Assembly (NCBI GenBank): GCA_050177605.1
Contig: JBFXGX010000004.1
Coordinates: 1 to 64,000, forward strand
DNA: 64,000 bases
Reading direction: 5' to 3'
From: Candidatus Izemoplasmatales bacterium
Lineage (GTDB): Bacteria; Bacillota_I; Bacilli_A; Izemoplasmatales; Hujiaoplasmataceae
The notes beneath the pieces are model-generated. The model saw only the letters and a program-made list of their open reading frames with translations. It was not told the origin of the DNA and searched no databases. Both the position numbers and the translations under genes were made by a program. This document shows positions 10,478-20,492 of this stretch, one piece after another (the first letter of the stretch is position 1; every line of letters starts with the position of its first letter).

Positions 10478-11548
10478 ATGTTATTAGAAAGATTAGACCA
10501 AATCGAAAAAAGATATATTGAAATAAATGAAATGTTAATGGATCCAAATATTGGACAAGATATTAAAAGACTAACCGAATTAAGTAAAGAAAACAGACAA
10601 CTTGAAAAGACTGTTGTCGTTTACCGTGAGTACAAGAAGTGTTTAGAAGAAGCTCAAGGACTCAAAGAAATGATTAAAGAATCCGATGGCGATATTCTCG
10701 AAATGGCAGAAATGGAACTTGAAGAAATTCATGCGAAGATTCCTGTTTTAGAAGAAGAACTCCATCTCTTATTAATTCCAAAGGATCCGAACGATGAAAA
10801 GAATGTTATCGTGGAAATCAGAGGAGCTGCTGGAGGAGATGAAGCAAATATCTTCGCTGGTGATTTGTTTAGAATGTATAACAAATATGCAGAAACCAAA
10901 GGGTGGAAAGTTGAAATGTTATACGCAGATCCTGCAGAGGCAGGGGGCTTCAGTCAAATTGAATTCCAAGTCAGTGGTGAAAGCGTGTATTCTTTATTAA
11001 AATATGAATCGGGCGTACACCGCGTGCAACGCGTTCCACTTACCGAATCTGCGGGACGTATTCATACATCTACAGCGACCGTACTTGTAGTGCCAGAAGC
11101 TGAAGAGTTAGACTTTGAAATTAATATGGATGATATCCGTGTGGATACTTTCTGTTCAAGTGGACCTGGTGGGCAAAGTGTTAACACCACAAAATCAGCT
11201 GTTCGCTTAACCCATGAACCGACTGGAACCGTCGTACAATGTCAAGATGGAAAAAGCCAACATGAAAATAAGGCAAGTGCTTTAAAGATTTTGAGAAGTA
11301 GACTTTATGATAAATTATTACAAGAAAAACTTGATAAAGAAGGCGAAGATCGGTTAAATAAAATTGGTACTGGGGACAGAAGTGAGAAGATTAGAACTTA
11401 TAACTATCCTCAAAACCGGATCACTGATCATCGCATCAACTTTACGATTCAGCAGTTAGATAGAATCATTGATGGACGTCTCGATCCAATCATCGAAGCG
11501 TTAATTGCGGAAGAACAAAAACGTAAATTATCAAAGAGTGAAGAATAA
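10478..11548 (+). CDS. prfA: Peptide chain release factor 1
   Basis: GPGGQSVN, PLT (PxT) recognition motif, IRTYNYPQNR. Confidence 0.97.
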   Translation: MLLERLDQIEKRYIEINEMLMDPNIGQDIKRLTELSKENRQLEKTVVVYREYKKCLEEAQGLKEMIKESDGDILEMAEMELEEIHAKIPVLEEELHLLLIPKDPNDEKNVIVEIRGAAGGDEANIFAGDLFRMYNKYAETKGWKVEMLYADPAEAGGFSQIEFQVSGESVYSLLKYESGVHRVQRVPLTESAGRIHTSTATVLVVPEAEELDFEINMDDIRVDTFCSSGPGGQSVNTTKSAVRLTHEPTGTVVQCQDGKSQHENKASALKILRSRLYDKLLQEKLDKEGEDRLNKIGTGDRSEKIRTYNYPQNRITDHRINFTIQQLDRIIDGRLDPIIEALIAEEQKRKLSKSEE

Positions 11549-12393
11549 TGGCTACGTTTCATCAAGTATTAAAAGATGCAGAAAAAAAGGCTAGAACTTT
11601 TGGCAAAGAAAGTAGTGCATGTAAATTATTACTTCTTCATTTTTCAGGACTCACTTCTTCAGAGCTCTATCTATCATTAGATAAAGAAATGAAAGAAGAC
11701 AACTTGAAATTGTTCGATGAAGCCTTAAACAAATACATTACGAAAAACATTCCGGTTCAATACCTCATCGGCTATGTCTATTTTTATGGATATCAGTTTT
11801 TGGTGGATGAAGGAGTATTAATTCCTCGTTATGAAACGGAAGAACTTGTTGCGAATGTCTTAATTCAGTATGATGAATTATTTCAAGGTGAAAAAGTAAG
11901 ACTTGTCGATATAGGAACAGGAAGCGGTGCGATTGCTTTATCGCTCGCGCTTGAAGATAGAAATCTAGAAGTGAGTGCTACCGATATTTCTTCAGAAGCA
12001 CTTGAAGTCGCGAGAAAAAATAACGAGCACTTAAATGCTCATGTAACTTTTTACCAAGGAGATATGATTGAACCTGTTTTAGGTCAAAAATTTGATATTC
12101 TAGTATCCAATCCACCCTACATCCCATCGAGTGAAATCGTCGATAGTATTATCAGCGAAAATGAACCTCATGTGGCTCTTTTTGGTGGGGATGATGGAAT
12201 GAAGTTTTATGAGATTATATTAAAAAATGCACATCAAATTCTAAACCCTAAAAACTTCTTAGCTTTCGAACATGCTTATGATAAGCAAGAAGAAATGCAT
12301 CGGCTTGCAAAGCATTATTTTCCCAGTGCGAGAATCTATACTTTGAAGGATATGCAAGGTAAAGATCGAATGACTTTTGTAGTAAATGAATAA
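11548..12393 (+). CDS. prmC: Release factor glutamine methyltransferase
   Basis: LIPRYETEEL, DIGTGSG, SNPPY; directly downstream of prfA. Confidence 0.95.
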   Translation: MATFHQVLKDAEKKARTFGKESSACKLLLLHFSGLTSSELYLSLDKEMKEDNLKLFDEALNKYITKNIPVQYLIGYVYFYGYQFLVDEGVLIPRYETEELVANVLIQYDELFQGEKVRLVDIGTGSGAIALSLALEDRNLEVSATDISSEALEVARKNNEHLNAHVTFYQGDMIEPVLGQKFDILVSNPPYIPSSEIVDSIISENEPHVALFGGDDGMKFYEIILKNAHQILNPKNFLAFEHAYDKQEEMHRLAKHYFPSARIYTLKDMQGKDRMTFVVNE

Positions 12394-12420
12394 ACCAGTG
12401 AATTTTTCACTGGTTTTTTT
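12392..12420 (+). terminator. Intrinsic terminator after prmC
   Basis: AAACCAGTGAA/TTCACTGGTTT stem plus T-run. Confidence 0.85.
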
Positions 12421-12461
12421 AATTATAGAATCGTTTTATGATATAATGTTTTTTAGAGTAG

Positions 12462-14258
12462 GTGAACGATTTGAGAAAAGATAATCAACCATCCGTTTTA
12501 ATTGAAAAATGTAAATCTTTGGATTATTCACGAATCCATCCTTTTCTTATTCCATTTCACCTTGTGATTGACTTAATGGATGTTTTTGAGCAAGGGATGA
12601 AAGACGAAGCGATTGTCCTTGATTATTTTTTTGGCGAACTCCATTTGAACCATTATCAAGAAACGACGATTGAGGAGTTTACAGAACTTATCAAAAATCT
12701 GCCAACATCAGAGAAAACTTACTTATTGGAGCATTTGCCAATACTACGTTTCCCTTTTCCAAAATATATCTATACCTTTTTAAGTGATGAAGTACAAACA
12801 GTGATGCCGCCAGATCATTTGCCTGAAAAAATCATTCTTTACGAATGGTTTCAAATCATGTTAAAAGAACTTTATGAAGAAGAACCCCTTGAAAATACAG
12901 AGTTTATTCATGATTGTCTTCTTCACGATCATATCCATATGTTTAAGGCCTATATTGAAAATGGCGATATTCCTTTAACTTTACTCACGTATCGGCAAGA
13001 GTCCCTCCTTCATGAAGCGGTTAAATTTGAAGCTACCGAAATTATCAAATATTTATTAAATATCGGAATGAGTCCAGACCTGACAGACTTCTATGGCTCT
13101 ACACCTATTTTTATCGCATGTGCGAAAGGTTATACCGAAGGGTTTAAATTACTGAAGAGTAATCATGCTAATTTAAATAAGATGAATGTTGAGAAAATCA
13201 AACCTCTTGAAATATCGGTTTATTCCGGGAAAAAAGAATTTATTGAATTTTTGATAAAAGATGAATTATATCCTGCGAATAGTCTTTATAATGAGACGAC
13301 ATTATCTATCGCTATTCACGATGGTATCACAGGAGCGATTGAATATTTGCTTGATGAAGGTTATCTTTCACTGGATCAGAAAGTGAATCAATTTGATACC
13401 CTCTTTGATATTGCTATTTATGAACGAAAGCCAGAATTGCTATTATCATGGTCAAAAAGAGCTGATTTCAATTTTGAAAAAGTGAATGGTCAAGGAGTCA
13501 GTTTGCTCGAAAAAATGTTAATGGCGGATTTGGTTGAAATGATCCCGTGGCTTGAAGAACACGGCCTTGATTTGTTCAAGTCAGGAAGAAATGGGAAAGA
13601 ACCGCTCGTTCAATGTGCCACGTATCGTGCTCATCGTTTTTTTGATTATTACGTCCAAAAAGGGATGTCGATTGAAGGAATCGAAAAACAGATTCTAGAA
13701 GCAGCTTCTAGAGCGAGCAATGCAAAGGTATTAAGATATTTAAAAGAACATCAGGTAGACTTTAACCAGCTTTTAGCCCCAAGAACTTCAGCCTTTATTT
13801 ATATCGGCCAACAATATAGTCATGAACTTTATATGGAATTTATTGATGATATCGATATCTTGTTTCATAACGAGTCTGACATTCCTTTGTTAATTGACCC
13901 AACCTACCACAATGACTTTGAAGTCGTTCGAATTCTACTTGAAAAAGGTGCGGATCCAAACATTCCGATTCGATATGAATCAAAGCGAAGATATTATCCG
14001 ATTCTCAATGCCATTTACCATCATCATTTAGAAATGGTAAAGCTGTTGGTTGAGTATCATGCCAAGAAGAATATATCCACCGAAAGGTTTCTAACACCAC
14101 GACTTGAAGCATTAAAAAGAAGAAGCAATGGGGGGGAAGAGGTGTATCAGTATTTGCGTGAGATCAAAGCGAAGCCTGGTCCTATTCCTTATCTTCTAGT
14201 TGGTTCTTTCTTCTTGATCGTCTTTACAATTGTCTTTTTAAGTTGGTTATTATTTTAA
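12462..14258 (+). CDS. Ankyrin-repeat protein with C-terminal membrane anchor
   Basis: ESLLHEAV, GSTPIFIAC, VRILLEKGADPN, PILNAIYHHHLEMVKLLVE repeats; hydrophobic C-terminus. Confidence 0.82.
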   Translation: MNDLRKDNQPSVLIEKCKSLDYSRIHPFLIPFHLVIDLMDVFEQGMKDEAIVLDYFFGELHLNHYQETTIEEFTELIKNLPTSEKTYLLEHLPILRFPFPKYIYTFLSDEVQTVMPPDHLPEKIILYEWFQIMLKELYEEEPLENTEFIHDCLLHDHIHMFKAYIENGDIPLTLLTYRQESLLHEAVKFEATEIIKYLLNIGMSPDLTDFYGSTPIFIACAKGYTEGFKLLKSNHANLNKMNVEKIKPLEISVYSGKKEFIEFLIKDELYPANSLYNETTLSIAIHDGITGAIEYLLDEGYLSLDQKVNQFDTLFDIAIYERKPELLLSWSKRADFNFEKVNGQGVSLLEKMLMADLVEMIPWLEEHGLDLFKSGRNGKEPLVQCATYRAHRFFDYYVQKGMSIEGIEKQILEAASRASNAKVLRYLKEHQVDFNQLLAPRTSAFIYIGQQYSHELYMEFIDDIDILFHNESDIPLLIDPTYHNDFEVVRILLEKGADPNIPIRYESKRRYYPILNAIYHHHLEMVKLLVEYHAKKNISTERFLTPRLEALKRRSNGGEEVYQYLREIKAKPGPIPYLLVGSFFLIVFTIVFLSWLLF

Positions 14259-14274
14259 CAGGAGGGTATCCGAA

Positions 14275-14808
14275 ATGATTAATCACACATCGCTAAGTAA
14301 TGAAGAGTTCGTAGAGGCTACGACCCAAAGAATACCGAAATACTTATACAAACTTTATTTAATGAACGCGGTTTTTTTTACGCTAATCGGAATAGGGAGA
14401 CTCGTATTTTCCTCGAGCAATGATGAAGTTTTTTACTATCTATTAAGTGGTCTTTATATACTTGTTGGGCTGATGAACATTCCGCTTTCAAGCAAAAAAA
14501 TGATTCGTATGACCGCGCGCAATTTAGCAAAGAAAAGAACAGAAAATATCGAAAACAGAGTCGAGTTTTATGAAGAAGGATTCATGATTTCTTCGAATCA
14601 ATCAAGAGTATTTATCGACAATTTATTCCGTTTTACTGAAATCAGGGGCATCAACTATTCAGCGGATTATCTCTATATCTATCTAAAAAAAGTGCCTGCC
14701 ATTATCTTGAAAATCAATGAATTTCGAGATACCTCGTTTGAGGAGATGTTAGCTTATTTCAAAAGGGAAAATATAAGAATCTATGGAAAGAATCCCATCA
14801 AATCTTAG
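14275..14808 (+). CDS. 2-TM membrane protein, YcxB-like
   Basis: Two TM segments then a beta-rich domain (VEFYEEGF...YLYIY); SD GGAGG. Confidence 0.55.
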   Translation: MINHTSLSNEEFVEATTQRIPKYLYKLYLMNAVFFTLIGIGRLVFSSSNDEVFYYLLSGLYILVGLMNIPLSSKKMIRMTARNLAKKRTENIENRVEFYEEGFMISSNQSRVFIDNLFRFTEIRGINYSADYLYIYLKKVPAIILKINEFRDTSFEEMLAYFKRENIRIYGKNPIKS

Positions 14809-14816
14809 GAGGAAAT

Positions 14817-15335
14817 ATGATAACCAATCACTCAGTCTATTCAAAAGAAGATTACCTGACCATTATCCAGCCAAAATATCTTAAAATGATTTACCGAAAG
14901 AAGCTATTCAATCTTCTATTTGTGATGTTTTATTATATTGTTTTGTTTCTCATGTCGTATAAACAAGACATTGATTTTCCACCGTTAATCGATTACTTTT
15001 TGTATCTTGTTCCATGGAGTATCGTGATTCCTCTCCCTAAAAAAGTATATATGAAGAAATGGATGGAACCAACCAAAAATGTGAATGAAATTATCCACCA
15101 TGTCGAGTTCCATCCCTATTTCGTCAAGTTCGATGTAAATAGCCCAAAAGAATATGCAGATAAAATCTTACCTTACGAACAACTGATCGGTTATTTTTAT
15201 GATGAAGATCGACTTTATCTTGTGCATAAATCGATTATATTTATGGAATCAAGTTCATTTGACGATAAATCACTTAAGAATGCTGTGAAACTCTTAAACG
15301 AAAAAAAAGTGAAGAAAATAAGATACCTATTTTGA
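14817..15335 (+). CDS. 2-TM membrane protein, YcxB-like paralog
   Basis: Same length and architecture as neighbours (N-terminus MITNHS); SD AGGAGG. Confidence 0.55.
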   Translation: MITNHSVYSKEDYLTIIQPKYLKMIYRKKLFNLLFVMFYYIVLFLMSYKQDIDFPPLIDYFLYLVPWSIVIPLPKKVYMKKWMEPTKNVNEIIHHVEFHPYFVKFDVNSPKEYADKILPYEQLIGYFYDEDRLYLVHKSIIFMESSSFDDKSLKNAVKLLNEKKVKKIRYLF

Positions 15336-15357
15336 TTTTCTTTTCAGAAAGGCTGTT

Positions 15358-15876
15358 ATGACTAACTATTCTATTATCAAAAGAGAAGAATATATTAATC
15401 TTGTTTTCCCTGTTTATTATCAAAACTACATGAAAGCTAGAAAACTCTCTTTTTTTCTATTACTCTTTCTCGCTTTTCTTTATCTCGTTCTTAGACTATT
15501 CGATGTTAATTTATTTGAGCGTGTTGACTTATATTGGTATCCTTTGGTGCTGTTAATCTACTCCATTCCTATGCCTAAAAAGATTTTATATAATCGTCTA
15601 TTGTCTTCCATTATAGGCACAACGCTTGTACATAATCTGATTGAGTTGAACGAGTCTTCTTTTGAAATAGAAGCCGATTCACCACACCTATTCGTCAAAG
15701 AAAAGATGAAATATAAAAAAATAAGGGCTTGTTGTTATAATCATACTCATTTTTATCTTTATATTGCTTGGGCGAACTACCCGCTTGTATTCTTGAATAG
15801 CGAACTCAAAAATGGTTCAACCCTAGAACTGATAGACTTACTAAGAACTAAAAAAGTCAAAATAATCAAATTATAG
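15358..15876 (+). CDS. 2-TM membrane protein, YcxB-like paralog
   Basis: MTNYS..., IPMPKK vs IPLPKK in the preceding paralog, C-terminal KKVKII. Confidence 0.55.
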   Translation: MTNYSIIKREEYINLVFPVYYQNYMKARKLSFFLLLFLAFLYLVLRLFDVNLFERVDLYWYPLVLLIYSIPMPKKILYNRLLSSIIGTTLVHNLIELNESSFEIEADSPHLFVKEKMKYKKIRACCYNHTHFYLYIAWANYPLVFLNSELKNGSTLELIDLLRTKKVKIIKL

Positions 15877-15941
15877 TCTCTCGTCAGTACTTGAATTATC
15901 ACCTGGATAGGTGTATGATGAAGTTGAAGGGAGATGAGAAA

Positions 15942-16277
15942 ATGAAAGTAATCAAAGTTATTGCTTTTGGCTATGTTTACTTGCTGGGACTGTTCATCAC
16001 ATTGATGGCTTTTGACTGTTTTAATGGAGAAGATCCATTTCTTTATCAACTCGGTGGATTTTTAATTAGTATCTCTCCTGCAGTCATCTTAGTTTTACTT
16101 AACTACTTTCTAAGAAATAAAAGAAAAATACTCGCGTTAGCTTTACTAGCTTATAATATCTTCTTTACCATCTTTTTTAGATTTTTAGAGAACATCAAAG
16201 ATAGTTGGCCAATGTTGCTTTTCATGACATTACCGTTACTTGCGATTAGTATTTATCATTACTTATATAAAGAATAA
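15942..16277 (+). CDS. Small 4-TM hypothetical membrane protein
   Basis: Hydrophobic ORF; ATG 15942 follows GGGAG SD. Confidence 0.6.
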   Translation: MKVIKVIAFGYVYLLGLFITLMAFDCFNGEDPFLYQLGGFLISISPAVILVLLNYFLRNKRKILALALLAYNIFFTIFFRFLENIKDSWPMLLFMTLPLLAISIYHYLYKE

Positions 16278-16280
16278 AAC

Positions 16281-16317
16281 AAAAGAAGTTCCATGATACC
16301 ATGGAACTTCTTTTTTT
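16281..16317. terminator. Bidirectional intrinsic terminator
   Basis: 15-bp perfect stem AAAAGAAGTTCCATG/CATGGAACTTCTTTT between convergent genes. Confidence 0.88.
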
Positions 16318-16337
16318 CATTTTGGAGAAATGAAGGC

Positions 16338-17018
16338 TTATTTATCTTTTTTTAAACACATGAACCAGTCTAAGCAATATACATCGTCTTCTTTACCATC
16401 CATTCTGTCCTTTGCTTTTCCGCAAGAACCTGCTGGTGGAACGATTACATCTTGTCCTGGTCTCCAATCCGCTGGCGTGGCTACCCCGTCCTTATCTGCT
16501 TTTTGTAAGGCTTGGATAATTCTTTTGATTTCATCAAAATTACGTCCAGTGGATAATGGGTAATAAAGAATTGTTCTAATTTTTGCTTCTGGGTCAATCA
16601 CGAATACAGCGCGAACTGCTTGTGTTGAGGATTGATTTGGTTGAATCATACCAAACTTGTTAGCGACATCCATCTTGATATCTTCAATCAGTGGGAAAGT
16701 CACTTCCATGTTTTTCATACCATTCCATTCAATTTTTTCTTTGATGGTTCTTAACCATGCGATATGCGCGTATAAACTATCTACACTTAATCCAATCAGT
16801 TCGGTGTTTAACGCTTTGAATTCGTTTTGCATTCTAGCAAATGTCATGAATTCGCTGGTACAAACAGGTGTAAAATCTGCTGGATGTGAGAATAGGATGA
16901 CCCATTTTCCAGCGTAATCTGCTGGGAAATTGATTTTTCCTTGTGTCGTCGTAGCTGTAAAACTAGGGGCAAGGTCGCCGATTAACGGCATTCTGTAAAT
17001 TTCTTTTACTTCTTCCAT
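16338..17018 (-). CDS. Peroxiredoxin (Prx6 family, with C-terminal cysteines)
   Basis: FSHPADFTPVCTSE, YYPLSTGRN, TPADW, CLDWFMC. Confidence 0.93.
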   Translation of the reverse strand: MEEVKEIYRMPLIGDLAPSFTATTTQGKINFPADYAGKWVILFSHPADFTPVCTSEFMTFARMQNEFKALNTELIGLSVDSLYAHIAWLRTIKEKIEWNGMKNMEVTFPLIEDIKMDVANKFGMIQPNQSSTQAVRAVFVIDPEAKIRTILYYPLSTGRNFDEIKRIIQALQKADKDGVATPADWRPGQDVIVPPAGSCGKAKDRMDGKEDDVYCLDWFMCLKKDK

Positions 17019-17036
17019 AATGTTGTTCTCCTTATA

Positions 17037-17474
17037 TTATATTATATTTTTTGCCTTACAACTTGGACAAACACCATAAAGGTTCACTTCTTCCCGGGTA
17101 ATTTCAAATCCAGGAGGTGTTGGCTTGTTGTAAGATGTTTCGACTTTTGGCAGGTCATAAATCGTGTGGCAGATGTTGCAGATGAAGTGCGAGTGTTCTT
17201 CGATTTTCACTTCGTAACGTTTTTCATTATTTGAAGTGTTGATTGGGTCAACCATATCGTTTTCAATAAACAAGTTTAACACATTATAAACCGTTGTTTT
17301 TGAAAGTGTAGGAAGTTCGCCAATGAGTTCTTTGTAAATCTCATCAACAGTTGGATGATTTTTACTTTCATCAATATACTCGTAGATTCTTCTGCGAGTA
17401 TATGAAGGACTAATACTCTTTTCTTTGCAAATTTCATTAAATGCTCTTTTCACGTTATGCATCCCTTTCGCCAT
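17037..17474 (-). CDS. perR: Fur-family peroxide-responsive repressor PerR
   Basis: HPTVDEIY, LSKTTVYN, HSHFICNIC, GVCPSC; lies between dps and peroxiredoxin. Confidence 0.82.
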   Translation of the reverse strand: MAKGMHNVKRAFNEICKEKSISPSYTRRRIYEYIDESKNHPTVDEIYKELIGELPTLSKTTVYNVLNLFIENDMVDPINTSNNEKRYEVKIEEHSHFICNICHTIYDLPKVETSYNKPTPPGFEITREEVNLYGVCPSCKAKNII

Positions 17475-17521
17475 AATATAAGTAGATACTTATATCATAG
17501 CATACTTTGTTTCTTTTTTGA

Positions 17522-17959
17522 TTATTTCAGTTCAGAAGTCATAAACCAAACTTCTTTATTGTAGCTTGCAATATGCGCTTCTAACATTGCTTGTGTGACA
17601 AAATCGTCTTGTTCTAAAGAAATTGAACGAATTTCTTTTGCGAGCGAACTTAAGTTAAGGTATTCCTCATGCGCAATCTCGATTGCTCTTTTAACAGTAA
17701 TTTCGTTACTTTCCAGTTCGGTTACTGTTGTATCTTTTAGAAAACTTGCTAGATTTGCGTTAGGTAAGAACCCTAGCATTTTTATTCTTTCCGCAACTTC
17801 GTCAAGTTTGATAAATAGATCATCATAAAGTCTTTCTAAATAAAGATGAGCTTGTTCAAAGTTTTGTCCGATGACATTCCAGTGAAGATTATGTAATTTA
17901 ATATTGAGCACAGCGATATTTGACACATATCTGTTGAGTAAATTGATTTGTTTTTCCAT
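17522..17959 (-). CDS. dps: Dps family ferritin-like DNA protection protein
   Basis: KLHNLHWNV, H...LDEVAER ferroxidase motifs. Confidence 0.92.
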   Translation of the reverse strand: MEKQINLLNRYVSNIAVLNIKLHNLHWNVIGQNFEQAHLYLERLYDDLFIKLDEVAERIKMLGFLPNANLASFLKDTTVTELESNEITVKRAIEIAHEEYLNLSSLAKEIRSISLEQDDFVTQAMLEAHIASYNKEVWFMTSELK

Positions 17960-17981
17960 TTTTAATATCTCCTTTTTATTA

Positions 17982-17998
17982 ATTGTAATGATTACAAT
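17982..17998. promoter_or_regulatory. Per box (PerR operator) upstream of dps
   Basis: Perfect palindrome ATTGTAAT-G-ATTACAAT, close to the Bacillus consensus TTATAATnATTATAA, next to -10-like elements. Confidence 0.7.
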
Positions 17999-18075
17999 AT
18001 TATAATAACATCAATTTGTAAATGATGCAAATCATTTGCTTGAAAATAAATTATTAAAAAATTAATATTATAGTA

Positions 18076-18105
18076 TTGACAATAGTGTACGCCATACAGT
18101 ATAAT
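18076..18105 (+). promoter_or_regulatory. Sigma-A promoter with overlapping inverted repeat (likely PadR auto-operator)
   Basis: TTGACA-18 nt-TATAAT; ATAGTGTA-cgcca-TACAGTAT (7/8 inverted repeat) across the spacer and -10. Confidence 0.65.
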
Positions 18106-18123
18106 AATGTCGAGGTGATGAAA

Positions 18124-18462
18124 ATGGATAAAGCCATCCTTGATAACTTAAAATCAGAGTTAAGAAGAGGCACTCAAATCTTGTCGGTATTATCCTTATT
18201 AGATAAAAACCAATATGGGTATTCCTTATTACAGGATTTAGAAAATAAGAATGTACAAATTGAAGCTGGAACTTTATATCCTTTACTTAGAAGACTTGAA
18301 ACACAAGGAATCTTGAAAAGTGAATGGGATACATCAGAGTCTAGACCAAGAAAGTATTACGTGTTAAGTAGTGAAGGTAAAGAAGTTTATTTAGAATTAA
18401 AAGATGAATGGTTCCGTATTGTTAGTGAAATGAACGGAATATTAGGGGGAGAATCAAAATGA
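18124..18462 (+). CDS. PadR family transcriptional regulator
   Basis: ELRRG, YGYSL, GTLYPLLRRLE, RPRKYY; start at ATG 18124 after SD GAGGTG. Confidence 0.92.
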   Translation: MDKAILDNLKSELRRGTQILSVLSLLDKNQYGYSLLQDLENKNVQIEAGTLYPLLRRLETQGILKSEWDTSESRPRKYYVLSSEGKEVYLELKDEWFRIVSEMNGILGGESK

Positions 18463-19472
18463 AAAATTTAAAAGAACGTTATATTTATGATGTTGTCAGA
18501 AGAATTCCAGAAAATCAACGAGATGAAGTCGCGAAAGAACTCGATGCAAATATTAGCGATATGATGCATGGAAGTAGTGATTCAGAGTTAGAAAGAGTCA
18601 TCTACGAACTTGGAGAACCTCGGGTGCTCGCAAGTGAGTACACCGACAAGAAAAGATATTTAATTGGTCCTAAATGGATGGAAGACTATTTAAGAACATT
18701 AAAGATCGTGATTGCCGTATTTGTATCCCTTTCACTTGTGTTTGGACTACTTGATAATGTTTTACATCCTGAAGCTACAAGTGCCATCGGCATCTTCGCT
18801 GAAGTATTTGCTAAAACGATTTCTGAAATGTGGAATAGTGCATTATCTGCATTTGCCTTTGTGACGCTTGTTTTCGCGCTGATTGAACGATATGACTTAA
18901 GTCCAAAGAAAAAACCTTGGCGCATTGATTCACTTCCAGAATTACCAAAGAAAGATGTGTTAAAATCATCTCGCACAGGAAACATTGTTGGACTCGCATT
19001 TTTATTAATCTTCGGTATTGCTTGGGGATACATCCTTTATTTCAATGAAACGTATTTACGATTAGTCTTTATTGATGGGGATATTCATTTCTCTGAAGCA
19101 TTGTTTAATCCAAGTGCAATTGAAGCGTATTTCCCATTGTTCCTCATTGGCCTTACATTAAGTATTGCCGTCTTGGTATATAAGATTTATCAAGGATACA
19201 TTAATTTAAATATTGTCTTATTAGCAACTGTTGAAAAAATATTTAGTTTATTGGCCTTTCTATATATTCTCCACTATACCCCACTTTTCAGTAGTTCGTT
19301 TATCTCTGAAATTTCAGGTTACTCAGGAATTGCTATTTCACAAATCAATGATGGTGTTAGTCAAGGTGTGACTGTCATAACATCGATTATTCCAATCTTT
19401 GTGGCCATTGATATCATTACATTATGGGTGAAGTATTTAAAACATCAAAAAGAACTAAAAAAGACAAAATAG
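18459..19472 (+). CDS. PadR-associated membrane protein (HAAS-like N-terminus)
   Basis: ERYIYDVVRRIP...ELGEPRVLA...YLIGP then multiple TM helices; ATGA overlap with padR. Confidence 0.75.
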   Translation: MKNLKERYIYDVVRRIPENQRDEVAKELDANISDMMHGSSDSELERVIYELGEPRVLASEYTDKKRYLIGPKWMEDYLRTLKIVIAVFVSLSLVFGLLDNVLHPEATSAIGIFAEVFAKTISEMWNSALSAFAFVTLVFALIERYDLSPKKKPWRIDSLPELPKKDVLKSSRTGNIVGLAFLLIFGIAWGYILYFNETYLRLVFIDGDIHFSEALFNPSAIEAYFPLFLIGLTLSIAVLVYKIYQGYINLNIVLLATVEKIFSLLAFLYILHYTPLFSSSFISEISGYSGIAISQINDGVSQGVTVITSIIPIFVAIDIITLWVKYLKHQKELKKTK

Positions 19473-19492
19473 CCAAGCAATTGGCTATTTTT
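19466..19492 (+). terminator. Intrinsic terminator
   Basis: AAAATAGCCAA-GCAA-TTGGCTATTTT. Confidence 0.8.
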
Positions 19493-19558
19493 ATCTTGTA
19501 TATTTATATGAAAAGGACGATAATAAAAGTGAATTATTCATCTTAAGGAGGGGTAGGG

Positions 19559-20020
19559 ATGAAACTAGGATTGATTGTTTATTCAGAAAGTGGGCATACA
19601 TTATCAGTTGTTAGTCAAATTGAGGAAATTTTGATTCAAAAACAGATCGAGGTCAAAAAAATGACCTTGCATTCACAGATTGAAAAAGGGACTAGAATAT
19701 TAGTCGAACCACCTCAACTAGAATCCTGTGATGCCTACATCATTGCTTCTGCTGTGCAAGGATTTCAACTTGCAAAACCGATGAGTGATTATTTAGTTCG
19801 CAATCCATTACCGAGGGGCGCAAAAATAGGAATTTTATTAACAGAATATTTCAAAGTGATGTTTTTAGGTGGAAATTATTCGTTGAAACAAGCAAAAGCA
19901 ACGATTGATGTTTCTTCACATCCAGTCGTTGTTGAAAAAGTTATTCATTGGTCTTCTAAAAAAAGAGAAGAACAAATCAAAGAAGCAGTAACCCTGTTTA
20001 CAGAGGTGTGGGATGAATAA
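19559..20020 (+). CDS. Flavodoxin-like protein
   Basis: LIVYSESGHT FMN-phosphate loop. Confidence 0.72.
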   Translation: MKLGLIVYSESGHTLSVVSQIEEILIQKQIEVKKMTLHSQIEKGTRILVEPPQLESCDAYIIASAVQGFQLAKPMSDYLVRNPLPRGAKIGILLTEYFKVMFLGGNYSLKQAKATIDVSSHPVVVEKVIHWSSKKREEQIKEAVTLFTEVWDE

Positions 20021-20414
20021 AACTGTGAAACGTCTCGTCATTTTTCTAGCAGTTGTTTTACTTATTGGGTTAGCAGGGATGGCTGTCGTCAAGACAATGG
20101 AAGCTGGACTAGCGAATTTATTGACAGTAGACATCCAGGATCCAGACATGTCAAGCATTGAAGACGGTACCTATTTTGGCGAGTATAGTCAAGCACCAAT
20201 CTCGGTTCATGTAGAAGTTACTGTGCTAAATCACCAAATAACCGAGATTGTGATTACAGAACATATTACTGGACAGGGGCTTCCAGCAGAGGAGATTGTA
20301 AGTGATGTGATTTCAACTCAATCCTTACAAGTCGATACTGTCGCTGGCGCAACCTACAGTTCTAAATGCATTTTACTCGCAATTCAAGATGCGCTTTCTC
20401 CTGACGTGGAATAA
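20013..20414 (+). CDS. Membrane-anchored FMN-binding (flavinylated) protein
   Basis: N-terminal TM, DGTYFG, VDTVAGATYSS flavinylation motif. Confidence 0.88.
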   Translation: MNKTVKRLVIFLAVVLLIGLAGMAVVKTMEAGLANLLTVDIQDPDMSSIEDGTYFGEYSQAPISVHVEVTVLNHQITEIVITEHITGQGLPAEEIVSDVISTQSLQVDTVAGATYSSKCILLAIQDALSPDVE

Positions 20415-20492
20415 ATGATTCTTGATCCACCATTTACTTCAGTGGTGGATTTTGTTATAATCTTTTTGTAGGGAAAGAATAGGAGAATCAAC

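Noticed and set aside
1257..11000. Many short antisense or alternate-frame ORFs in the ORF track (e.g. 1257-1505, 2703-2966, 7527-7880, 8319-8786, 10794-11000)
   Set aside because: They lie wholly within well-supported conserved genes, lack SD sequences and recognisable motifs; shadow ORFs
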